A DNA stretch of 64,000 nucleotides from Nitrospirota bacterium. GTDB taxonomy: Bacteria > Nitrospirota > UBA9217. The notes under the pieces were generated by a model. It was not told where the DNA came from. It searched no databases and worked only from the letters and a program-made list of their open reading frames with translations. Every line of letters starts with the position of its first letter. The first letter of the stretch is position 1. The DNA is taken from positions 960,001-1,024,000 of the forward strand of contig CAWBNQ010000003.1 of the NCBI GenBank assembly GCA_963790205.1, written 5' to 3'. A program made the position numbers and the translations under genes. This document shows positions 49,160 through 58,970 of the stretch, piece after piece.

Positions 49160-50087
49160 GCTCGATGAATTGCTACAGGCGTTCGGAGAGGCGGGAGGGG
49201 ACAAGGGCGCGCTCGCTGACACGGGCATCGCGCACTTGTCTGTAAGTGGAAGTAATATCCTGAGCGCCCGCGAGGTCGAGGGAATAGACGTTCACGCGAG
49301 GGAGATGAGGAACGGCATCAGCGCAAAGGTCACGGTCCGTGAAGGTGTGAAACTTCAGAAGCCCGTTCACCTGTGCTTTGGTGTGCTCCATAAAAAGGGG
49401 ACGCAGAAGATCGAGATGGACGTGAAGCTCGAAAAGAATTCATCAGCTACCTTTATAGCTCACTGCATATTCCCCAAGGCCGAGAAGGTAAGACACCTCA
49501 TGTACGCCGTGGTCGACATCGGTGAAGGGGCCGAGATGCGCTATTCCGAGACCCATTATCACGGTCTTTACGGCGGCATAGAAGTCGTACCGAAGCTCAC
49601 GGTCGTTGTAGGCAAGAACGGCAGGTTCTATACGGACTTTACACTCGTGCATGGGAGGGTCGGCAAGCTCGAGATAGATTACGACGTTAACGCAGGCGAG
49701 AATGCCGTGGTCGAGCTTGTTACCCGTGTTTTCGGACATGCGACCGACGATTTGAAGATCAAGGAGAAGGTCACGCTCGCGGGCGAGAACGCCCGAGGAC
49801 TCATCAAAGCGAGGGTCGCGATCGAGGATGAGGCCACGGCCGAGGTCAAAGGAATCACCGAAGGCAATGCCGCCGGCGCGCGAGGTCACGTCGACTGCAT
49901 GGAGATTGTGAAGGACAACGCGGTAGCGAAGGCGATTCCCGCGGTAAGTGTGACTCATCCGCTCGCGAAGGTGACTCATGAAGCAGCAATCGGCAGCGTG
50001 GACAAGCGGCAACTTGAAACGCTCATGGCCCATGGCCTTTCTCCCGAGGAAGCGGTGGATGTGATCGTGAAGGGGATATTGAAATGA
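49152..50087 (+). CDS. sufB: SufB/SufD-family Fe-S scaffold (SmsB-type)
   Basis: PVHLCFG, AHC.FP, ARGHVDC.EIV, AKVTHEAAIGSVD..QLETLMA.GL; about 311 aa. Confidence 0.8.
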   Translation: MSELDELLQAFGEAGGDKGALADTGIAHLSVSGSNILSAREVEGIDVHAREMRNGISAKVTVREGVKLQKPVHLCFGVLHKKGTQKIEMDVKLEKNSSATFIAHCIFPKAEKVRHLMYAVVDIGEGAEMRYSETHYHGLYGGIEVVPKLTVVVGKNGRFYTDFTLVHGRVGKLEIDYDVNAGENAVVELVTRVFGHATDDLKIKEKVTLAGENARGLIKARVAIEDEATAEVKGITEGNAAGARGHVDCMEIVKDNAVAKAIPAVSVTHPLAKVTHEAAIGSVDKRQLETLMAHGLSPEEAVDVIVKGILK

Positions 50088-50380
50088 AGCGATTTGTCTC
50101 GTGCAAAGACCTGGACAAAAGGAAGAACAACGATTACAAGAATACTCCAGTGAAGTAAGCGCGAGTCAGCATCAGCAGAACGCGTGTGGATCAGATACGC
50201 GAAAGAGTAAAAAAATGAAGCGAAGCGCACTATCCTGCATCGTGATACAAAGTCTGCCGGCATACTTGTTTCAATAGTCAACAGCGTGACGCAAAAAGCA
50301 GTCCCGGCAGGGAAAAGTCAACTAAGAAAGCCAGCACGTGTCATAATAAATAAAACGACGCATGAACATGGAGTAATTCA

Positions 50381-50809
50381 ATGATCGAAGACATAGGACG
50401 GGTCGTTAGGATCATTGGTGAGAAAGCCGCCGTAGAGGTTGAGCGGACATCCGCTTGCGCTCAGTGCGGTCTGCAGGAGGTCGAGGACCTGGCAATGGGT
50501 GGGAAGGTCGTGCTCGAAGCGGTAAATGTTGCTCAGGCAAAGGTCGGCGACCGTGTGCGGGTCCGCGTTGAGTCCGTTGCCTACATGAGGGCCGTGGCCG
50601 CGGTGTACGGGATACCAGTCCTGCTGTTTCTGCTTGGCATTGCGGCAGGCATTCCGCTTGCGGCCCGGCTTGGGTGGCCGTCCGAGCTTACGAGTGTTGC
50701 GCTCGGCATGCTCGGACTGATCGTCGGTGTTCTAGTCCTGCTCCTGTTGCGCAAAAGAACAACAAAGAAGGAATATCTTCCCGTTATTGCGGAGGTGCTT
50801 GGAGAATAG
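50381..50809 (+). CDS. RseC/MucC family protein
   Basis: MIEDIG.V, R.SACAQC, N...AKVGDRV, YGIP and two TM helices. Confidence 0.85.
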   Translation: MIEDIGRVVRIIGEKAAVEVERTSACAQCGLQEVEDLAMGGKVVLEAVNVAQAKVGDRVRVRVESVAYMRAVAAVYGIPVLLFLLGIAAGIPLAARLGWPSELTSVALGMLGLIVGVLVLLLLRKRTTKKEYLPVIAEVLGE

Positions 50810-50961
50810 GCGGGATATGGTGTCTCGAAATAGCAAAACTACTCATTAGCATCGAATAATGTTCTTATGTTCGGAATAATACTCACGGCACTTTTATTCA
50901 GCCCGACGATCCCGCGGCAGCGGCGCATGCGCTGATGTCTGAAGCCATCAGGAGGTGATAC

Positions 50962-51855
50962 ATGAGGATTTTACTTGCCACAGACGGTTCGGAATACTCG
51001 GATGGGGCGGTGCGTTTTCTGGCGCGGTTCGACTTTTCGCAAACAGACGAGATTGTAGTGCTGCACGTTATTCCCGGCGTGCCGTTTCCCCACTGCAACG
51101 GGCCCTACAACGCGGCTTTGATGCAGATCGGCGATGAACTTGCGCCTAGGATCGTTGATGCGACCGCCAGACTTCTGAAAGACCTCCGGGCGAACGTGTC
51201 CACCGTGGTGACCGCCGGCTATCCCGCTGAGGCCATCATTGACGTGGCAGCGCAATCCGGTTCCGATATGATCGTTATGGGCAACCGGGGAATGAAGGCG
51301 ATCGGTTCGCTGCTGCTCGGGAGCGTGACGCGGGCCGTGGCAATCAGCTATCCGCAGTCCATTCTGGTCGTCAAGCCGCCCCAGGGGAAACCCGATGGCC
51401 CGCTCAAGGTGCTCTTTGCCACCGATGGTTCGGACTGCGCCAGGGAAACGGAGAGGGTCCTTTCCTTGATACCCTTTCATCCCGACACGAGCGTCACGGC
51501 TGTTTACGTCTCGCTCTTGACGTATATGGACATTCCAGACCGGTTTTGTCCGGGACTTGACGAGCGGCTAAAGAAAATCATGGCAGGGATGAAGGAATCC
51601 GAATCGAAACATGCGGAAAAAGTTCTGGATCAGGCCAGAACTCGGATGAAGGACAAATTCCGGAACGTGACGGCGCTGATCAAAAACGGAGATCCGTCGG
51701 AGCAGATCCTCCAGGCAGCACGGGAAACACGGGCTGACGTCATTGCTCTCGGAAGCAGAGGGATGCGCGGCGTCAGCGGCATGCTCGGGAGCGTGGCCCG
51801 GAACGTCCTCTCCCACGCGGACTGCTCGGTTCTGATCTGCAAGCTCAAGGAATAG
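50962..51855 (+). CDS. tandem universal stress protein, copy 1
   Basis: ILLATDGSE, IVMGNRG...LLGSV, LFATDGS and LGSRG...LGSVARNVL. Confidence 0.92.
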   Translation: MRILLATDGSEYSDGAVRFLARFDFSQTDEIVVLHVIPGVPFPHCNGPYNAALMQIGDELAPRIVDATARLLKDLRANVSTVVTAGYPAEAIIDVAAQSGSDMIVMGNRGMKAIGSLLLGSVTRAVAISYPQSILVVKPPQGKPDGPLKVLFATDGSDCARETERVLSLIPFHPDTSVTAVYVSLLTYMDIPDRFCPGLDERLKKIMAGMKESESKHAEKVLDQARTRMKDKFRNVTALIKNGDPSEQILQAARETRADVIALGSRGMRGVSGMLGSVARNVLSHADCSVLICKLKE

Positions 51856-51953
51856 ACGATTTAAACCGGGGGGGACTGGCAGCCTTCGGCGGCTTTCCGG
51901 GGAAAGACAGACTCGTCTTTAGTGTTTACGGTTTTATGGCAAGGAGGCGAACA

Positions 51954-52187
51954 ATGAAGATCGAAGTGTGCGGTTCAGGCTGCAGTAAATGCGCGGAGCT
52001 TGAGAAAAGGGCAAAGTCAGCGGTCGCGATTGCCGGCATTGATGCCACGGTGGAACATGTCTATGATATGGGCAAGATCATCGAGCGGGGGATCTTCATG
52101 ACGCCTGCGCTCGTGATCGACGGCAAGACCGTGGCAAGCGGAAAGATCCCCACTGTAGAGGAGATCGCGGTACTTTTGCGGAGGTAA
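51954..52187 (+). CDS. small redox-active disulfide protein, second copy
   Basis: MKIEVCGSGCSKC and GIFMTPALVIDGK. Confidence 0.9.
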   Translation: MKIEVCGSGCSKCAELEKRAKSAVAIAGIDATVEHVYDMGKIIERGIFMTPALVIDGKTVASGKIPTVEEIAVLLRR

Positions 52188-52188
52188 T

Positions 52189-53235
52189 ATGAACACCATC
52201 TCCCTTTTGGTTACCTCAGGACTTGAGGCCATCTACGACTATGTGCTTGCGCACACGCTGTTCTGTCTTGTTCCGGCCTTCTTTATCGCCGGAGCAATGG
52301 CGGCGCTCATTCCTAAAGACCTGCTGTTGCCATACCTTGGAAAGAAATCCCCCAAACACATCGCCTATCCCATTGCCGTTGTTACCGGTCTACTTCTTGC
52401 GGTCTGTTCCTGTACGGTGCTCCCGCTCTTTGCGGGGATACGCAAGGGCGGAGCGGGCATAGGCCCGGCAATCGCTTTTCTGTATACTGCCCCTGCGACA
52501 AACATTGTGGCGATCCTGTACACAGGCAGCCTTATCGGATGGGATATTGCCCTGGCCCGCATATTCTTTTCCATTCTGTTCGCAGTTGTCATTGGAATGC
52601 TCATTAATGGGCTTTTCCGTGACGACGGCGAATCGGATGTCGCCGATACCTTCGCGAAAAGCGATGCAAAATACGATACGAAACGGTTGTGGTATCTTTT
52701 TTCAGCCCTGATCGGAATTCTCCTGGCAGGGACGAGGATAAGCGACCCCGTGTTTAAGTACGCGACCGTTCTGTCGCTTATCGCAATCGCTGTAGTAATC
52801 GCAAAGAAATATTTTACAAAGGATGAAGTCCATGGCTGGATGCTGGAAAGCTGGGGTTTTGCCAAAACGATTGCGCCTCTGCTTCTGGCCGGGGTATTTG
52901 TATCAGGAATCGTCAGGGTCGTGTTGCCCCAGGAGTTTGTCGCAAAGTATGTAGGGTCAAATTCTCTATCCAACATGATCATCCCGGTCATCTTCGGCGT
53001 GCTCGTCTACTTTCCGACGCTTGTGGAAGTGCCGATGGCAAAGACTTTTCTTGATCTCGGCATGGCAAAAGGACCGCTTCTGGCTTATCTTCTTTCCGAT
53101 CCCGTGCTGTCGCTTCCGAGCATTCTGGTCGTCAGCAAAATCATGGGGGCAAAAAGAACCGCAGTCTATGTGGCTTTAATCATTGTCTTTACCATTTGCG
53201 GCGGATATCTGTTCGGTCTCATGCAGGGAAAATAA
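52189..53235 (+). CDS. ArsP/DUF318 family permease, second type
   Basis: H.LFCLVPAFFIAGA, LAVCSCTVLPLFAGI, GAG.GPA.AFL, YFPTL.EVP and SLPS. Confidence 0.88.
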   Translation: MNTISLLVTSGLEAIYDYVLAHTLFCLVPAFFIAGAMAALIPKDLLLPYLGKKSPKHIAYPIAVVTGLLLAVCSCTVLPLFAGIRKGGAGIGPAIAFLYTAPATNIVAILYTGSLIGWDIALARIFFSILFAVVIGMLINGLFRDDGESDVADTFAKSDAKYDTKRLWYLFSALIGILLAGTRISDPVFKYATVLSLIAIAVVIAKKYFTKDEVHGWMLESWGFAKTIAPLLLAGVFVSGIVRVVLPQEFVAKYVGSNSLSNMIIPVIFGVLVYFPTLVEVPMAKTFLDLGMAKGPLLAYLLSDPVLSLPSILVVSKIMGAKRTAVYVALIIVFTICGGYLFGLMQGK

Positions 53236-53245
53236 GGATGTTGTT

Positions 53246-56104
53246 ATGACCGATGAAGCCTACCATTGCCTGACCAGTGATGAGACGGCAAGGCGTCTTG
53301 ATACCGGCATAAAAAATGGCTTGAGCGCCGGGGAAGTTGCTAAGCGCACCAGGGAGCACGGCTACAATGAGCTCAGAGAGCGGCCCCGGGCCGGCTTTCT
53401 GAACCTGCTGTTCGAGCAATTCAACAATTTCCTGGTGATCATCCTGGTTCTGGCTGCGCTGGTGTCTCTCCTGCTGGGTGAATATGTCGACGCAATCGCC
53501 ATCATGGTCATTGTACTCATAAATGCCGCGGTAGGGGTGATCCAGGAGTCAAAAGCCGAGCAGTCCCTTGCGGCGCTCAAAAAAATGGCAGCCCCGAATG
53601 CCCAGGTTATCCGTGACGGTTGCCGGCAGTCCATCCCCTCAAGGGAACTCGTGCCGGGCGACATTGTTTGTATCGAGGCGGGCAACTACGTGCCCGCTGA
53701 TATGCGGTTGGTGGAAGCGTACAACCTGAAAGTGGGGGAAGCCTCTTTGACCGGGGAATCGGTCCCTGTTGAAAAGGAAGCCGCGGTAGTTCTGGACAAA
53801 GAACTTCCCCTTGGGGACCGAAAAAACTCCGCCTTCATGACAACACTCGTCACGTACGGCAGGGGCAAGGGCATCGTCACCGGGACGGGCATGCACACTC
53901 AAATCGGGTTGATCGCGGACATGCTCCAGTCCTATGAGGAAGAGCCGACGCCTCTTCAAAATAAACTCGATCAACTGGCAAAGACGCTCGGAGTCGGGTG
54001 CCTTCTGATTTGCGGATTTATTTTTGTGTGGGGCCTTATCCGGGATACTCATCTGCAGGTTGTCCTGCAGGATGGTTTATTTGCCTACCTTATCGCGGAA
54101 AGAAAAGATATCGTCAACCTGTTCATGACCGCCGTAAGCTTGGCCATTGCGGCGGTCCCGGAAGGTTTGCCCGCGGTGGTTACGATTTGTCTCGCCATGG
54201 GCATGCGGCGAATGCTCCGGCGTCATGCCCTGATTCGCAAGCTCTCCGCTGTGGAAACACTCGGGTGCGCGACGGTGATCTGTTCGGATAAAACCGGAAC
54301 GTTGACAAAGAATGAGATGACCGTCGTTCAGGCTTGGGCCGGCGGCAGGCTGTTCAAGGTTTCAGGGGAAGGGTACAGCCCCGTGGGGCAATTCTCCTTC
54401 TATGACAGGCCCTTTGATCCCCTTAAGGATGCCGGCGTATCCCTTTTGTTGCATGGAGCGGCGCTCTGCAATGACGCCAAACTGGAAGTGGCCGGAGAGA
54501 CAACAGGGGGGAAGGCCTGGCGTATAATCGGCGATCCAACGGAAGGGGCCATGCTTGTTGCCGCCGAGAAGGGCGGGCTCCGGCAACAACAGCTTGAGGT
54601 TTTCCTTCCCAGGGTTTCCGAGATTCCATTTGATTCAGAGCGAAAGCGGATGACCACGCTTCACAATCCCGGGGGGAAAGATTTACTGAACCTGGATAGC
54701 CCGGTCGGAGACGGCCCTGTGGTCGCCTTTGTCAAAGGCGCACCCGACGTCCTGCTCATGCTTTGTGAAAGCATTGTGATGGACGGGAAAGTCGTTCCCC
54801 TTGATGAGGAGAGGAAGCAGGCGGTCCTGGAAGTGAACCGGAATATGGCAAAACGCGCAATGAGGGTGCTGGGAATCGCTTTCAGGCCGATGGATGCGAT
54901 CCCTGAATCCTGCAATGCCGCTGCTGTGGAACAACAACTGACCTTTGTCGGACTTATGGGAATGATCGATCCACCCCGGCAGGAGGTCAGGGACGCAATC
55001 AGGATTGCTCAAGGCGCCGGACTGAAGAGTGTGATGGTCACCGGAGACTATAAGGACACTGCAGAGGCCGTGGCCGGCGAGATCGGACTTTTATCAACTT
55101 ACGGTAAAGTGCTCACGGGCGCGGAACTCGATGCCATGAGCCGGGAGGAACTCTTTAAAGTCATTGACCAGGTGGAGGTCTGCTGCCGCGTTTCTCCTCA
55201 GCACAAGACGATGATCGTGGAGGCCTTCAAGACAAGAGGGCACATAGTAGCGGTGACAGGCGATGGAGTGAATGACGCCCCGGCCCTCAAGCGGGCGAAC
55301 ATTGGTGTGGCGATGGGGATCATCGGCACGGACGTGGCCAAAGAAACCGCTGATATAGTGCTTACCGATGACAACTACGCGAGCATTGTCTCAGCCGTGG
55401 AGGAAGGACGGATCATTTACGCGAATATCCGGAAATTTGTTTACTATCTTCTTGTCTGTAACGTCGGCGAAATTCTGATCGTATTCGTTTCCATGCTGTT
55501 CGGCATGCCACTCCCGTTCAGGCCGATCATGCTTCTGTGGCTGAACCTGGTCACGGACGGCGCTCCTGCGCTCGCCCTAGGACTGGAAAAAGGCGACCCC
55601 GATATTATGAAGCAGCCGCCGAGACCCGCGAAGGAACCGGTGATCAATCGGGAAATGGCGGTGGGGCTTTTCATCGTCCCGTTTGTGGATACCGTGGCCA
55701 TTCTGAGCATGTTTGCAATAGGGCAGGCGCTCCATCCCGAAAACCTCGCCACGGCTCAGACAATGGCTTTTGTCGCTCTCTGTATCTCGGAGTTATTAAG
55801 AGCGTACACAGCGAGATCGGAACATTACAGTGTCCTGTCGATCGGGGTCTTCGGCAATCGTTGGATGAACCGCGCTGTTCTGAGTTCTCTTGTTCTCGTC
55901 TTCATTACCGTCTACATCCCCTTTCTGCGGCCGATTTTCGGGACCGGGTCCCTGGGAGGGAAGGACTGGTTCTTCATGACTCCGTTTATATTCATGGCCC
56001 CTGCGGCAGCTGAAGTCGTAAAGATGTATCTGAAAAAGACCGCTATGAATTCGGCGGCGATGGTTTCTGTACGGGCTCAGCAGCCGCAAGAAAAATTATC
56101 CTGA
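53246..56104 (+). CDS. P-type ATPase, type II (Ca2+/cation-translocating)
   Basis: LTGES, PEGLP, ICSDKTGTLT, KGAP, DPPR and TGDGVNDAPALK. Confidence 0.95.
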   Translation: MTDEAYHCLTSDETARRLDTGIKNGLSAGEVAKRTREHGYNELRERPRAGFLNLLFEQFNNFLVIILVLAALVSLLLGEYVDAIAIMVIVLINAAVGVIQESKAEQSLAALKKMAAPNAQVIRDGCRQSIPSRELVPGDIVCIEAGNYVPADMRLVEAYNLKVGEASLTGESVPVEKEAAVVLDKELPLGDRKNSAFMTTLVTYGRGKGIVTGTGMHTQIGLIADMLQSYEEEPTPLQNKLDQLAKTLGVGCLLICGFIFVWGLIRDTHLQVVLQDGLFAYLIAERKDIVNLFMTAVSLAIAAVPEGLPAVVTICLAMGMRRMLRRHALIRKLSAVETLGCATVICSDKTGTLTKNEMTVVQAWAGGRLFKVSGEGYSPVGQFSFYDRPFDPLKDAGVSLLLHGAALCNDAKLEVAGETTGGKAWRIIGDPTEGAMLVAAEKGGLRQQQLEVFLPRVSEIPFDSERKRMTTLHNPGGKDLLNLDSPVGDGPVVAFVKGAPDVLLMLCESIVMDGKVVPLDEERKQAVLEVNRNMAKRAMRVLGIAFRPMDAIPESCNAAAVEQQLTFVGLMGMIDPPRQEVRDAIRIAQGAGLKSVMVTGDYKDTAEAVAGEIGLLSTYGKVLTGAELDAMSREELFKVIDQVEVCCRVSPQHKTMIVEAFKTRGHIVAVTGDGVNDAPALKRANIGVAMGIIGTDVAKETADIVLTDDNYASIVSAVEEGRIIYANIRKFVYYLLVCNVGEILIVFVSMLFGMPLPFRPIMLLWLNLVTDGAPALALGLEKGDPDIMKQPPRPAKEPVINREMAVGLFIVPFVDTVAILSMFAIGQALHPENLATAQTMAFVALCISELLRAYTARSEHYSVLSIGVFGNRWMNRAVLSSLVLVFITVYIPFLRPIFGTGSLGGKDWFFMTPFIFMAPAAAEVVKMYLKKTAMNSAAMVSVRAQQPQEKLS

Positions 56105-56178
56105 GTTTTATGGCCACACCTGAGTTTGCGTGATGCGGAATATGCAAATTAATTTATCTCGTCTGAGGGAGGTGCACG

Positions 56179-56523
56179 ATGGAACCGCTTGTTAAACCCT
56201 GGCATGGGATTCCGAGAGAAGACATCAAATGGCATCCCACGGTGGATGAAAAGAAGTGCATCGGCTGCGGCATGTGCGTGACCGGGTGCGGCAGGAAGGT
56301 TTACGGGTTCGATTACGAAAAGAAGAAACCCGTGGTGCTGAAGCCTGTCAACTGCATGGTGGCCTGCGTGACCTGTGCCAACACCTGCCTGCAGGACGCA
56401 ATAAGCTTTCCTCCTGTTGAGCAGGTACGGGAACTTATCAGGAAGGAAAAGCTTCTCGTGAGGGCGAAGGAAGAACTGAACGCGCGCAGGGAAGAGTTGA
56501 AGGTGTTGCCTAAATATGATTGA
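56179..56523 (+). CDS. 2x[4Fe-4S] ferredoxin-like protein
   Basis: WHGIPRE.I.W.P, CIGCGMCVTGC and CMVACVTCANTC. Confidence 0.9.
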   Translation: MEPLVKPWHGIPREDIKWHPTVDEKKCIGCGMCVTGCGRKVYGFDYEKKKPVVLKPVNCMVACVTCANTCLQDAISFPPVEQVRELIRKEKLLVRAKEELNARREELKVLPKYD

Positions 56524-56791
56524 TAACATCTTGCTTGCTGCGAAGTCCGACGCCCGGCTCGCCTCGCTTCTTGACGAGGCGCGGGAGTACGCCCAGATTT
56601 ACCTTCTCGCCAAGGAGCGGAAGAAAGGCTGTGAGGGAACAGGGGAACTCATGACCCTGCGCGAGGAATTCCGGGACGCGATCGGGAAGCTTGTGAAATA
56701 CAGCGGGGAGAAGGGTTATCTGTGCGGACTCACCCCCGATGACCCGGATGCCGCAGCGCTGGCGTTGTCAATAAATGTGATCAGGAGGTGA
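56516..56791 (+). CDS. hypothetical protein
   Basis: 91-aa ORF overlapping the upstream stop and ending 3 nt before the next start. Confidence 0.65.
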   Translation: MIDNILLAAKSDARLASLLDEAREYAQIYLLAKERKKGCEGTGELMTLREEFRDAIGKLVKYSGEKGYLCGLTPDDPDAAALALSINVIRR

Positions 56792-56794
56792 CCC

Positions 56795-57691
56795 ATGAAG
56801 GTGATACTTGCAACGGACGGTTCCGAGTCGTCGGAGGGCGCGGCCCGCTTTCTTACGCGGTTCAGATTCACGCCGGCTGACGAGATCGCGGTGCTGCACG
56901 TGGTTCCTGGCGTCCCTTTCCGGCACGCGGGAGAGCCCTATTCCGCCGCATTGATGCAGCTCGGTGAGGAAATCGCGCCCGGCATCATTGACGCGACCGC
57001 CGGAATGCTGAAAGGGCTCCGTGCGACCATTTCCACCGCTGTGACCACCGGACATCCCGCTGACGCCATCCTCGACGTGGCGGCGCAGTCCGGCTCAGAC
57101 CTCATCGTCCTGGGGCATCGGCGCGGGAGCGGGTTCGGCCCGCTCCTTTTAGGCAGCACGGCCAGGGCCGTGGCAATCGCCTCTCTTCGGCCGGTCCTGG
57201 TCGTCAAACCGTCGCAGGGGAGGCCCTTCCGACCGGTCAATACGCTCTTCGCCACCGACGGCTCGGAGTGCTCGAAGGAAACGGAAAAGCTGCTGGTCAG
57301 TCTGCCTTTCCCTGAGGACGCGGGAATGACAGCGGTGTACGCTTCCCCCTCAACGTATCTGGAAGTGCCCGACCGTTTCTACATGGAGCTAGACGAGCGG
57401 GTGAAGAAAATCACGGAGAACCTGAAGGGAGCCGAGATGAAGTTCGCCGGTGAGGTGCTGGAACGGGCCAGGGAGGCGCTCAAGGCCCGATTCGGGAAGG
57501 TGACGATCATTACGGCGTATGGGGAGCCTTCGGAACAGATCCTCCGGACCGCGAAGGAAATGAGGGCCGATATCATCGCCCTCGGAAGCAGGGGAATGCG
57601 GGGCGTCCGCGGCATGCTCGGGAGCGTCGCCAGGAATATCCTTGGCCATGCGGAATGCTCGGTGTTGATCTGTAAAGCAAAGCATGGATGA
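56795..57691 (+). CDS. tandem universal stress protein, copy 2
   Basis: Same architecture as, and clearly paralogous to, 50962-51855. Confidence 0.92.
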   Translation: MKVILATDGSESSEGAARFLTRFRFTPADEIAVLHVVPGVPFRHAGEPYSAALMQLGEEIAPGIIDATAGMLKGLRATISTAVTTGHPADAILDVAAQSGSDLIVLGHRRGSGFGPLLLGSTARAVAIASLRPVLVVKPSQGRPFRPVNTLFATDGSECSKETEKLLVSLPFPEDAGMTAVYASPSTYLEVPDRFYMELDERVKKITENLKGAEMKFAGEVLERAREALKARFGKVTIITAYGEPSEQILRTAKEMRADIIALGSRGMRGVRGMLGSVARNILGHAECSVLICKAKHG

Positions 57692-57739
57692 TAGAAAGAT
57701 GGAACATTACACTAGCAAACCGGCTCAAAGGAGGCAACA

Positions 57740-58195
57740 ATGAGAAGAAAGGGCATTATAAGTCTGGTGGTAGCAGTGGCAGTGCTCGTAACGGCGTCAA
57801 TAGCTTTTGCAGGCCCCTGGAAAGGCTGGCGAGGAAGCGGCGGCTGGGGCATGGGGTCGCAGTATAACAGGATGTACAACCCCGCGACGGTGGAGAATGT
57901 TTCGGGTGTCGTCGAAGCGGTGGATAAGAGCACGCCCATGAAGGGTATGTACTCAGGAATACATCTGATGGTAAAGACGGACAAGGAGACGATCTCCGTC
58001 CAACTTGGCCCGGAATGGTATATCGAACGACTGGACACGAAGATACAAAAGGGCGACAAGATCGAGGTGAAGGGTTCTCGGGTGACCTTCGCAGGCAAGC
58101 CCGCTATTATTGCGGCCGAGGTCAAAAAGGGCGACAGCACGCTCGTGTTGCGAGACAGCGCGGGGCTCCCCGCATGGGCGGGATGGAGAAGGTAA
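57740..58195 (+). CDS. periplasmic OB-fold protein (MamS/MamX-like domain), copy 2
   Basis: RBS AGGAGG; mature region closely matches 30670-31125. Confidence 0.8.
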   Translation: MRRKGIISLVVAVAVLVTASIAFAGPWKGWRGSGGWGMGSQYNRMYNPATVENVSGVVEAVDKSTPMKGMYSGIHLMVKTDKETISVQLGPEWYIERLDTKIQKGDKIEVKGSRVTFAGKPAIIAAEVKKGDSTLVLRDSAGLPAWAGWRR

Positions 58196-58206
58196 TTGCG
58201 AGTCAG

Positions 58207-58250
58207 GCAGCCCTGCTGTGAGCCGGGGCAGGGCTGTTGTTTTGATTTTT
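58207..58250 (+). terminator. possible terminator hairpin
   Basis: CAGCCCTGC ... GCAGGGCTG followed by TTGTTTTGATTTTT. Confidence 0.5.
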
Positions 58251-58265
58251 ATAAGGAGAAACAAC

Positions 58266-58970
58266 ATGGGTCTCATAATGGCGGAAAATATTCGAAAAGA
58301 CTACCGGATGGGGGACGTAACGGTATCGGCATTGAAAGGGCTCAGCTTCGAGATCGAGCCCGCTTCCTTTGTTTCCTTCGTCGGACCTTCGGGGAGCGGC
58401 AAAACTACGCTTCTGAACCTGATTGGCTGCCTCGACAGGCCCACAGGCGGCAAGCTCTCCGTCGCCAATACGGACACGATGGCCCTTGACCGGAAACAGA
58501 GCGCTGCGTTCAGGGGAAACAATATCGGCTTTATCTTTCAGGACTTCAATCTTATTCCGGTGCTCACGGTGTCTGAGAACATCGAGTACCCGCTGCTGAT
58601 GGTCCAGAGCACGCCTGCTGAAGAAAGGGAAAAACGTGTTACCGCTCTCCTGCAGGCGGTAGGCATGAGCGAGCAGAAAGACAAGTATCCCGACCAGATA
58701 TCAGGCGGACAGAAACAACGGGTTGCCGTGGCCCGGGCCCTGGTCACGAACCCGAAGCTTGTGCTGGCCGACGAGCCCACGGCGAACCTCGATCACACAA
58801 CGGCCTATATGGTTATCGATCTGATGAAGAAGATGCGGGACGAGTTCAGGACGACGTTTATCTTCTCGACCCATGACCAGAAGATCGTGGGTGAGGCCGA
58901 GATCATCTATACCCTCGAGGACGGCGAACTGAAGGGCAGGCAGGTGAGGGGAGGGAAGAACAATGGGTAA
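58266..58970 (+). CDS. ABC transporter ATP-binding protein (LolD/MacB-like)
   Basis: GPSGSGKTT, IGFIFQDFNL, SGGQKQRVAVARAL, ADEPTANLD and STHD. Confidence 0.93.
   Translation: MGLIMAENIRKDYRMGDVTVSALKGLSFEIEPASFVSFVGPSGSGKTTLLNLIGCLDRPTGGKLSVANTDTMALDRKQSAAFRGNNIGFIFQDFNLIPVLTVSENIEYPLLMVQSTPAEEREKRVTALLQAVGMSEQKDKYPDQISGGQKQRVAVARALVTNPKLVLADEPTANLDHTTAYMVIDLMKKMRDEFRTTFIFSTHDQKIVGEAEIIYTLEDGELKGRQVRGGKNNG

Noticed and set aside
50084..50158. 24-aa ORF overlapping the sufB-like stop (ATGA)
   Set aside because: Too short, no motif; chance overlap is likely.
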